Part shown: piece after piece, positions 19,049 to 27,241 of the stretch
How the letters are laid out: the number at the start of each line of letters is the position of its first letter
Numbering within the stretch: position 1 is the first letter of the stretch
Assembly (NCBI GenBank): GCA_964571855.1
Contig: CAZNDO010000001.1
Span: 863,629 to 927,628 of the forward strand
Length of the DNA: 64,000 bases
Source: an uncultured Gemmatimonadota bacterium
GTDB taxonomy: Bacteria; ARS69
Reading direction: 5' to 3'
The notes under the pieces: model-generated
Seen by the model: the letters and a program-made list of their open reading frames with translations, nothing else
Told to the model about the DNA's origin: nothing
Database searches by the model: none
Program-made: the position numbers and the translations under genes

Positions 19049-20536
19049 ATGACGCGTCACGTGCTCGCGGTGGATCAGGGCACCACGGGGACCACGGTCC
19101 TCCTGCTGGATCGCAAGGGCCGCATCCGCGGGCGCGGCTACGCGGAGCTGCCGCAGCACTTCCCGAAGCCGGGGTGGGTGGAGCACGACGGGGAAGAGAT
19201 CCTCGGCAGCGTGGCCGCCGCGACGAAGCGCGCGCTGAAGGATGCCGGCGCGAAGGCGGCGAGCGTGGACGCCGTGGGCATCACGAACCAGCGGGAAACC
19301 ACGTTGGTGTGGGACCGGCGGACGTCGCGGCCGATCCACCGCGCCATCGTGTGGCAGGATCGGCGGACGGCGGCGCGCTGCGCCGAGCTGCGGCGCGAGG
19401 GTCGCGAGCGGGACATCCGCCGCCGCACGGGGCTCGTCCCGGATCCGTACTTCTCGGCCACGAAGCTCGAGTGGCTGCTGCGGCACGTGCCGCGCGCGGC
19501 GTCCCGCGCCGCGAAGGGCGCCCTGGCGTTCGGCACCGTGGACACGTGGCTCGTGTGGAAGCTCGCCGGCGGCGCGCACGTCACGGATCCCACGAACGCA
19601 TCGCGCACGATGCTCTACGGGCTGCGGTCCCTGGACTGGGACGACGCGATGCTGGACCGCTTCGGCGTCCCGAGGGACGTCCTGCCGGAAGTTCGCCCGT
19701 CCTCCGGCGTCTTCGCGACGACGAAGGGCGCCGGCTTCCTGCCGGACGGCATCCCGATCGCGGGGATCGCCGGCGACCAGCAGGCCGCGCTGTTCGGCCA
19801 GGGCTGCGTGGCCGCCGGGCAGAGCAAGAACACGTACGGCACGGGCTGCTTCCTGCTGCTGCACACGGGCGCGAAGCCGGTGGCGTCGCGCAGCGGGCTG
19901 CTCACCACGGTGGCGTGCGGGCCGCGCGGGGAGCCGGCGTACGCGCTGGAGGGGAGCGTGTTCGTCGCGGGCGCCGCGCTGCAGTGGCTGCGCGACGGGC
20001 TGCGCATCCTGGACCGCGCCGCCGACAGCGAGGCCGCGGCGCGCTCCGTGCCGGACGCGGGCGGCGTGGTGCTCGTGCCCGCCTTCGCGGGACTGGGCGC
20101 GCCGCACTGGCGGCCCGACGTGCGCGGCGCGCTGCTCGGCGTCACGCGCGGGACCACGCGCGCGCACGTGATCCGCGCCGCGCTGGAGTCGCTGGCGCTG
20201 CAGAGCCTGGACCTCGTGCGCGCGATGGAGCGGGACGCCGCGCGCCGAGCCCGCCGGCTGCGCGTGGACGGCGGCGCCGCCGCGAACGACTGGCTCATGC
20301 AGTACCAGGCGGACGTGCTCGGCGTGCCGGTGGAACGGCCCGCCGTGATCGAGACCACGGCGCTCGGGGCGGGACTGCTGGCCGGGATCGCGGTGGGCTT
20401 CTGGTCCTCGCAGGCGGAGGCGGCGCGGGCGCGACGGATCGAGCGCGTGTTCCGGCCGGCGCGAAGCGCGGCGTGGCGGCGCGGCGAGGTGGAGCGGTGG
20501 CAGGCCGCCGTGCGCTGCCTGCTCGGTCCCGCCTGA
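19049..20536 (+). CDS. glpK: Glycerol kinase
   Basis: [70 protein letters not shown] and ETTALGA. Confidence 0.92.
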   Translation: MTRHVLAVDQGTTGTTVLLLDRKGRIRGRGYAELPQHFPKPGWVEHDGEEILGSVAAATKRALKDAGAKAASVDAVGITNQRETTLVWDRRTSRPIHRAIVWQDRRTAARCAELRREGRERDIRRRTGLVPDPYFSATKLEWLLRHVPRAASRAAKGALAFGTVDTWLVWKLAGGAHVTDPTNASRTMLYGLRSLDWDDAMLDRFGVPRDVLPEVRPSSGVFATTKGAGFLPDGIPIAGIAGDQQAALFGQGCVAAGQSKNTYGTGCFLLLHTGAKPVASRSGLLTTVACGPRGEPAYALEGSVFVAGAALQWLRDGLRILDRAADSEAAARSVPDAGGVVLVPAFAGLGAPHWRPDVRGALLGVTRGTTRAHVIRAALESLALQSLDLVRAMERDAARRARRLRVDGGAAANDWLMQYQADVLGVPVERPAVIETTALGAGLLAGIAVGFWSSQAEAARARRIERVFRPARSAAWRRGEVERWQAAVRCLLGPA

Positions 20537-20725
20537 GTCCCAGGCGGCGCACGAGGGCGGCGTAACGCGCGACGCCGCCCGCTGCCGTCTCGTCGAAGCG
20601 GCCCAGCGCCTCCCGCCGAGGCGGGAACCCGCCCGGGAAAGCCGAGGCCGGCCAGGGGCGGACCCCGGCCGGCCTCTTGCGCGGCCGCGTCGTGAGACCG
20701 CGGCTTCGCGCACGAACGTTGCGTG

Positions 20726-23700
20726 CTACTGCACGCGGATGACCTTCCGGATCCGCTCCCCCTCCGAGGTGGAGAGGCGGGCGAAGTAGACGCCGGTGGC
20801 CACGCGACGCCCGGCGTCGTCGCGCCCGTCCCAGCGGGACGTGTGGGACCCGGCGCCCACCGTGTCGTCCACGAGCGAGCGCACGAGGCGCCCCGCCGCG
20901 TCGAAGACGGACAGGCTCACGCGGTCCTCGCGCGGCACGCTGAACCGGAAGTCCGAGCCCTCGCGGAACGGGTTCGGCGACGTGGCCAGGTCCAGCGCGG
21001 CCGGGCCCGCGACGACCGCGGCGTCCGTGGCGGACGGCGACCCGATGATGATCTCGTAGCTGCCCGCGTTGTCGTTCTGGTTGAAGACGACGAGACCGTA
21101 CCAGTCGGCCGCGGGCGAAAAGTACTCGAACGCCTCGCTGCCGCCGGCGCCGTTCACGTCGGCCTGGTCCACCGCGCTCGTGGGCGCGGCGTAGTAGGTG
21201 GCGCCGTTCGACTTGAAGAGCGCCATGCCGAGATCCGGGCTGCCGGACAGCGTGTTGAGCTGCACGTGCACGTTCGTGCCCGCCGGGAGGAACACGTCGT
21301 ACACCTCCACGACGTCGCCGGCCGGCCAGCTCTGCACCGTGCTCACGGGACCCGCCCCGAGCCAGATCAGGGACTCGGTGCCGGCCTCCATCTCCACGTC
21401 CAGCGCGCCGGATCCCGACGTGCGCCACACGCGCGGGTACACGGTCTCGGCCGGGTTGTGGTTGTAGTCGCCCACGACGAAGTTCACCACGCCGGTGCCG
21501 GACTGGTCGCTGGCCTTGAGCGTGGAGATCGTGTAACCGTCGTCGCCGTACAGCGAGATGGACGCGCCCTGCCCGGCGGACGGCCGGACGCCGAACACGT
21601 GCCAGTACGACGTGTTCGCCGTGCCCGTGCCCCACTGCACCTCGTCCGTGTTCGTCAAGGCCACGTCGTTCGCGAGCGTGATCTTCCGGCCCAGCCAGTT
21701 CGCGTAGGAGCCGCTGGACTCGTCGTTCACGATCTGGACGATGCCGTGCCAGTCGGACTCCGTGGCCGTGTAGCTGAACCACTCGCCCTCGGCGGCGGTG
21801 CGGAAGTTCGCCGCGCCGGCGAACGCCGCGCGCTGCTTGTAGTAGTCGCCGTCGCCGGATCGGAACACGTACAGGCCCTGGTCGATGCCGCCGCTGTAGC
21901 TGCGCAGCATGTACGGGACGCCGTCCTGCAGGTACGCGTCCCACACCTTCGCCACGTGTCCGGCATCCCACGCGGCCGAGGGCAGGATGCCCGAGATGAT
22001 GTCGGCGTCGTGCTCCCATTCCGTGCGGTGCGTGCCGGCGCCGCTCTCCCGGATGACGCGCAGGTAGTCCGGCACGCCGCTCGCGTGGTTGTAGTCCACC
22101 GCGATGAAGTCCGCGTTGTTCGGCGGACCGGCGGCGTTGTAGTCGTCGGAGATCTCGAGCGGGGTGACGTACGTGGCGTCGTTGAACAGCCGCACGGTGG
22201 TGTTCGTGCCGGCGGCCGGACGGTTGCCCACCACGGACCAGTACGCCGCGTTCGGGTCGTAGTCGAACAGCCGGAGATCCAGGCCGGAGAGGAACGGCGT
22301 CTCCTCGGCCAGCGTGGCCGGGGTCGGGCCGATCTGGATCGTGAAGTTCCCGTCGGCCGGGTTGTTCGCGAAGATCACCAGGCCGTACACGTCGTCCGCG
22401 GGGACGGTGTACGTCCAGGACTCGGTGCCGGCGTCGCCGGCCGCGTCCCGGGTCCACTGGGCGCTGGAACGCCCGGCCCAGTACTCGCCGCCGAAGGAGC
22501 GGAAGAGCGACATGCCGAAGTCCGTGGAGCCGGAGGTCACGTCCAGCACGAACGTGACGGTCTCCCCGGCGAAGAGCGGCACGTCCCACACGCGGACCAC
22601 GGACTCCGCGGTCCAGCTGCCCGCGCGGTCCACGCCGTCGGGGTACAGAGTGCCGCCGCCGCTCTCGTACCCGAGGCGGTAGTCGTCCGAGGCGCCGGAG
22701 TAGCGCACGATCTCCACGTGCTCGTTGCCGAGCGGCGAGTGGTTGTAGTCGCCCACCACGAAGTCCACGGTCTGCCCCGCGTACGACGAGGACGCCAGCT
22801 CGTAGCGGTGGTTGTTCTCTCCGTACAGGTGCATGTCGTAGTCGGCGGTGGACGGGCTGCGCAGGCCGACCACGCCCCACGCCGTGTCGTTCTGGTGCGC
22901 CACCATGCCGTGGCTCGTGCTGTTCCACAGGAACCAGCCGCCGTCCCACAGCTCGTAGATGTTCGCGAACGAGTTGCCCATGACGCGGCGCTTCACCAGG
23001 TCCGCCTGGCCGTTCGAGTCGTCGTCCACCCAGCCCCAGTGCTCGCGGGTGTACGGGCAGATCGCCGAGAACGTGTTGTTGATCATCACGCAGCCCACGT
23101 CCGTGGGGCACGTGACGAGCTGGCAGTTCCCGTTGTCGATCACGTCCGTGAGGTACGTGCTCTGGCAGGCGCCGCAGTCCATGTCGCCGTTGCAGCCGCC
23201 GCTCTCCACGTACTCGTCGCACGAGCCGAACAGGTGGCCCCACTCGTGGGCGCGCACGTTCGCCGAGTCGTCCGTGTAGATGCGGGTGCGGGCGAACGCG
23301 TACGACGCGAACGCGCGGCCGGTGATGTCCGCCGGCTGGAAGACGGCGAGCACGTTGTCCCAGCCGCCGCCCCAGTTCTGCAGCCAGATCGTGAGGTCGT
23401 CCACGAAGTACGTGTCGCCGTCCCCGTCGCCGAAGCCGAGCGCCGCGACCGCGTCCTCGGTCATCTCCCAGGTGAACCCGTCGGTCGGGATGTTGTACGG
23501 GAGCGTGGCGGTGTACTCCCAGTAGCCGTTCGTGCCCTGGTTGTCGAAGTACACGTTCGCGTTCGCCGGGGCGTTGTCCAGGAAGAAGTCCTTCGCCACG
23601 GAGTTGCGCGCCGCCTTGTCCTCCTTCTCGGCGGTGGACCACGTGCCGCCCGTGTGGTTGACGAAGATGTTGATCACGAGCGTGCGGCCGCGCTTGTAGT

Positions 23701-23977
23701 GCGCCGTGTCGTTGTCGTCGTTGCCGATCATCCGGAGTCCGCCCTGGCGCATGCGCGCGGCCTCCTCCAGGCGCAGCTCCTCCTCGTGCGAGTCGTCGGC
23801 TTCCCAGTCGTGGCCGCGCAGCGGGCCTTCGGCCTGCGCCTCCGCGATGGCCTGCGCCTTCGCGGCGTCCGTGAACGTGCCGTACCGGGGAGCCGCGGGC
23901 TCGGCCGTCGCGGTCCCCGCGACCAGCGCGAGCAGGGCGACGCCGAGGAGGACGGGAGTGGTGATTGCGCTATTCAT
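20726..23977 (-). CDS. Secreted zinc-metalloprotease-like protein with PPC-like beta-sandwich repeats and C-terminal sorting-like domain
   Basis: Signal peptide; RAHEWGHLFGSCDEY zincin motif, Cys-rich segment, repeated DYNH-containing beta domains, and SPNPF...FDAAGRLVRSL...WDGRDDAG tail. Confidence 0.75.
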   Translation of the reverse strand: MNSAITTPVLLGVALLALVAGTATAEPAAPRYGTFTDAAKAQAIAEAQAEGPLRGHDWEADDSHEEELRLEEAARMRQGGLRMIGNDDNDTAHYKRGRTLVINIFVNHTGGTWSTAEKEDKAARNSVAKDFFLDNAPANANVYFDNQGTNGYWEYTATLPYNIPTDGFTWEMTEDAVAALGFGDGDGDTYFVDDLTIWLQNWGGGWDNVLAVFQPADITGRAFASYAFARTRIYTDDSANVRAHEWGHLFGSCDEYVESGGCNGDMDCGACQSTYLTDVIDNGNCQLVTCPTDVGCVMINNTFSAICPYTREHWGWVDDDSNGQADLVKRRVMGNSFANIYELWDGGWFLWNSTSHGMVAHQNDTAWGVVGLRSPSTADYDMHLYGENNHRYELASSSYAGQTVDFVVGDYNHSPLGNEHVEIVRYSGASDDYRLGYESGGGTLYPDGVDRAGSWTAESVVRVWDVPLFAGETVTFVLDVTSGSTDFGMSLFRSFGGEYWAGRSSAQWTRDAAGDAGTESWTYTVPADDVYGLVIFANNPADGNFTIQIGPTPATLAEETPFLSGLDLRLFDYDPNAAYWSVVGNRPAAGTNTTVRLFNDATYVTPLEISDDYNAAGPPNNADFIAVDYNHASGVPDYLRVIRESGAGTHRTEWEHDADIISGILPSAAWDAGHVAKVWDAYLQDGVPYMLRSYSGGIDQGLYVFRSGDGDYYKQRAAFAGAANFRTAAEGEWFSYTATESDWHGIVQIVNDESSGSYANWLGRKITLANDVALTNTDEVQWGTGTANTSYWHVFGVRPSAGQGASISLYGDDGYTISTLKASDQSGTGVVNFVVGDYNHNPAETVYPRVWRTSGSGALDVEMEAGTESLIWLGAGPVSTVQSWPAGDVVEVYDVFLPAGTNVHVQLNTLSGSPDLGMALFKSNGATYYAAPTSAVDQADVNGAGGSEAFEYFSPAADWYGLVVFNQNDNAGSYEIIIGSPSATDAAVVAGPAALDLATSPNPFREGSDFRFSVPREDRVSLSVFDAAGRLVRSLVDDTVGAGSHTSRWDGRDDAGRRVATGVYFARLSTSEGERIRKVIRVQ

Positions 23978-24644
23978 TGCGGGTCTCCTTCCCGTCGGTC
24001 GCGGGGGCGGGCGCCGCGATCGGCGCGCCGTCGCCGGGCGCGGACGCGCCGCCCTCGAGCGAAGCGGACGCCGGCGGCACGGGCGAGATCGGCAGGATCC
24101 CGCCGCGGAGCTTGGCCTCCTCGGCGGACGTGAGGCCGGACGGGCCGACCTCCTGGACGGACGGCAGGTCGGCGCCGACGCCGGCGATCGGGTCGGGCGC
24201 GGGCGCGATCGTCTCGCGCGCGGTCAGCTGCTGCATCTTCATGGCGGCCAGCTCGTCCGGCGTGGCCCGCGGCGTCTCGACCGGCAGGTGCGTCACGAAC
24301 AGCGTGCCCGCCGCGCGGGACGCCTCCACCGCGGCGCGGGCCGCGTCGAGCTTGGCGCGCTCGCCCGCCGTGACGACCGGCAGCGCGCGCGCCGCGTTCG
24401 TCAGCACGCCGCCGCGGTGCTCGTGATCCGCCGGCACCGCCTCGGACACCAGCGGCGTCACGTCGAAGCGCAGGCCATCCGCATCCGGGGCGACCGGAGG
24501 CGCGGGAACGAACAGGCTTTCCACTTCCTGCGGAACGGCCGCGACCGGCGCCGGCTCGTTGATCGGCTCGGTTGCCGCCGCGGCCGCGGGCAGGAGAAGG
24601 GCCGCGATGGCGGCGGCCTTCGCGGTGCGGTGTGGGGTGTGCAT
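23970..24644 (-). CDS. Hypothetical secreted Ala/Pro-rich protein
   Basis: GAGGAGG RBS, then MHTPHRTAKAAAIAALLLPAAAAA signal peptide; its stop overlaps the start of the protease gene. Confidence 0.6.
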   Translation of the reverse strand: MHTPHRTAKAAAIAALLLPAAAAATEPINEPAPVAAVPQEVESLFVPAPPVAPDADGLRFDVTPLVSEAVPADHEHRGGVLTNAARALPVVTAGERAKLDAARAAVEASRAAGTLFVTHLPVETPRATPDELAAMKMQQLTARETIAPAPDPIAGVGADLPSVQEVGPSGLTSAEEAKLRGGILPISPVPPASASLEGGASAPGDGAPIAAPAPATDGKETRNE

Positions 24645-24773
24645 TGGGGTTCCTCCTCGGGTGGACTGAAGCGCGCTCGTCTCGGCGCTCCCCCCGAGAA
24701 CGGTCCACGACCTCCGGACCGAACCCTTGTGGTTCACAGATTGTGGACGGCCCCGGATTCGGCGTCCGGGGGG

Positions 24774-26489
24774 TCAGGAATGGAGGAGGGAGAGGGTCTT
24801 CAGGGAGATGCGGCGGTGGAGGGTCGGGTCGGAGGCGATCCGGCGGCGGAGGGACTCCAGGACCTCCTCCGGGCGCGCCCCCGGGGCGTCCGGCACGGAC
24901 GTCGCGCGGCCCACGCCGCGCAGGAGACCGGAGAGGGCGGACGGGGGGATATCGCCGGCGGTTTCCACCTGGACCCGCGGGGTCTCGGCGAGGGCGCGTT
25001 CGAAGTCCTCGAGGCGTTCCGCGCTCGCGATCACGGCGAACGACTCGCGGCCCGCGCCGGAGGAGACCTCCCAGGCGAAGGGGCGGCCCGCCACGAGGCC
25101 GGGGAGGTGGTGCGGCGTGCCGCCCGGGATCGGGTTGCGCAGCTCCGAGGCGTCCATGGGGAAGAGCAGGTAGGCGCGGCCGCGGTCATCCCAGTTGATC
25201 ACGTAGACGTGCGCCGTGCGCGGCGACTCGAAGCGGAGCATCAGGCGATCGCCCACGGTCACGGTGGCGGCGTCGCCGGCGGGGATCGGGGCGAACGGGC
25301 CGTCGGGCGCGGCGCGCAGGAGTTCGGCCTCGAACGACAGCGGCGTCGTGGTGCGCACCGCGACGAACCAGGCCACGGCCGCGATCGCCAGCGCCGCGGC
25401 GGCGGACAGGAGGACCGGGCGTCGTGTCGCGCGCGGGGACGGCACCGCCTGCAGCGGCGGCTCCGCGTGCTCGGCGCGCTCGCGTCGTGGCGCGTGGGCC
25501 GGCGGGGCCGCGGCGCTGCCGACGTCGAGCGTCTCGAGCCAGTGGAGCGCCGACGCGAACCGCTTCGTGGGCTCCGGATCCAGCGCTCGGTCCACGGCGG
25601 CGGCGAAGTGCGGCGGGAGATCGGGACGCTCCTCTATCAGCCGGCGCCGCTCGCCGCGGGTGTGGGCGTCGCGCAGGGCGGAGACGGTGGAGGCATCCGT
25701 CGGGTAGCGGCCGGTCGCCAGCCGGAAAAGCAGCACCGCGAGCGCGTAGCCGTCGGTGCCCGGCGTCGGCGAGCCGCCGGCGAAAAGCTCCGGTGCCATG
25801 AAGCGCGGCGTGCCGGCGAACTCCGCGCGCGCGCCCTCGCCGTCGCGGCCCCGCGGCGCGCCGCATCCGAAGTCCGTGACGACCAGGCGGTCGTTCCGGT
25901 CGACGAGCACGTTCTCCGGCTTCAGGTCGCGGTGCAGCACGTGCGCGCCGTGGATGGCCGAGAGGGCCGCGAGGAGCTGCCGCGCGAAGGAGACGAGGCG
26001 GGCCTCCGGCAGCGGCGCGGCCTCGCGCGCCACGTCCTCCAGGGTCACGCCGTCCACGTACTCGGTCCAGATGCCCACGAAGCCGTCCTGCCGGTCCGCG
26101 CCGTACACGCGGGCCACGTGGTCGTGCCGCACGCGGGCGAGGAGGCGGGCTTCGCGCATCGCCTCGTCGGCGTCGGCCATCCGCGCGGGGATGAGCTTGA
26201 GCGCCACGTCGATGGACAGCTTCGGGTCCCACGCGCGGTGGACCTCGCCGTACGAGCCGGCGCCGATCCGCTCCAGCAGCGTGAGGTGCGCCCACGAGCC
26301 CTTCGGACCCTCGTCGTCCGCGAGCGCGAGCGGCGCGCCGTGATCGGCGATGCGCCGCAGCGCGCGCAGGTTGCGCACGAGCTCGCGATCCTCCGCGTTG
26401 CGCGACGTCCGCTCCAGCTCGTTCCAGTCCGCATCCATCCGATCGGATACCGCGGCGAGGAAGCGCTCGATCTGCTCGTCACGCGTCAT
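24774..26489 (-). CDS. Membrane Ser/Thr protein kinase with C-terminal extracytoplasmic DUF4384-like domain
   Basis: IGAGSYGEV, VALK, HRDLKPENV, TDFG, GTPRFMAPE; one TM (LLSAAAALAIAAVAWFVAV); GDRLMLRF...HVYVINWDDRGRAYLLFP (DUF4384-like). Confidence 0.85.
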   Translation of the reverse strand: MTRDEQIERFLAAVSDRMDADWNELERTSRNAEDRELVRNLRALRRIADHGAPLALADDEGPKGSWAHLTLLERIGAGSYGEVHRAWDPKLSIDVALKLIPARMADADEAMREARLLARVRHDHVARVYGADRQDGFVGIWTEYVDGVTLEDVAREAAPLPEARLVSFARQLLAALSAIHGAHVLHRDLKPENVLVDRNDRLVVTDFGCGAPRGRDGEGARAEFAGTPRFMAPELFAGGSPTPGTDGYALAVLLFRLATGRYPTDASTVSALRDAHTRGERRRLIEERPDLPPHFAAAVDRALDPEPTKRFASALHWLETLDVGSAAAPPAHAPRRERAEHAEPPLQAVPSPRATRRPVLLSAAAALAIAAVAWFVAVRTTTPLSFEAELLRAAPDGPFAPIPAGDAATVTVGDRLMLRFESPRTAHVYVINWDDRGRAYLLFPMDASELRNPIPGGTPHHLPGLVAGRPFAWEVSSGAGRESFAVIASAERLEDFERALAETPRVQVETAGDIPPSALSGLLRGVGRATSVPDAPGARPEEVLESLRRRIASDPTLHRRISLKTLSLLHS

Positions 26490-27084
26490 CGTGCAGATCC
26501 CGCATGGCCTCGGCCAGCCGCCGCACGGCACGGTTCACGGTCATGCGCGCGGCGTCCGGCGAGGGCTTCCCCACGGACTCGGCGATCTCCGCGTACGACA
26601 GACCCAGCTCGAGCCGGGCGATGACCGCCTCCTGCGCCTCCGGGTCGAGCTGCGCCAGCGCCCGCTCGTAGCGATCCACGGCATCGCGGCCGATGGCCTC
26701 CTCCAGCGGCGAAGCCGGCGCGACGTGCATCACGTCGCGGACCAGGTCCTCCTTGCGCTCGCGCACCTGCGCGCGCCGGATCTCGTCGCCCACGCGGTTC
26801 AGCACGGCCCGCCGCAGGTACGCCAGGAAGGAGCCCGCGCCGCGCGGCTCGTACGTGTCCAGCCGGCGCAGCGTGGAGATCACCGCCTCCTGCACGAGGT
26901 CGTCCGTGTCCATGAGATCGCGGGCGTGGTACGGGAGCCGCCGCGACGCCCACTGCCGCAGCGGCGCCAGGTAGCGCTGCAGCAGCAGCTGCAGCGCCGC
27001 GGGATCCCCCTCGCGCGCCCGGCCGACCAGGCTCGCAGTGGTCCCGCCGGCGGGATCGGGTTCCTGCGCATCCGGTGGGGACAC
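26479..27084 (-). CDS. ECF sigma factor (kinase-associated)
   Basis: ARAREGD..AL, DTDDLVQE, FLAYLRRAVLNRVGD, and region 4 GLSYAEIAESVGK...ARM...RA; overlaps the kinase start. Confidence 0.9.
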   Translation of the reverse strand: MSPPDAQEPDPAGGTTASLVGRAREGDPAALQLLLQRYLAPLRQWASRRLPYHARDLMDTDDLVQEAVISTLRRLDTYEPRGAGSFLAYLRRAVLNRVGDEIRRAQVRERKEDLVRDVMHVAPASPLEEAIGRDAVDRYERALAQLDPEAQEAVIARLELGLSYAEIAESVGKPSPDAARMTVNRAVRRLAEAMRDLHDDA

Positions 27085-27241
27085 GTCGCCTCTCCGTGTG
27101 GACCGCGACGATGCGCGCGGCGAGGCGAGTATAGGGCGGCCTGCGGACCATGGGTCCTCCTTCCGGGGGGACGACCGGGAAACGAGCCAGGAAGGGTGAA
27201 CCGAACGGGGGAGGGGACGCGGCCCGCGGTATCATCCCCGG

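Noticed and set aside
15393-20536. A glycerol-utilisation cluster (small OMP plus glpK)
   Set aside because: There is no glpF, glpD or glpT, the genes are separated by two unrelated ATPases, and the transporter label for the small OMP family is unsupported.
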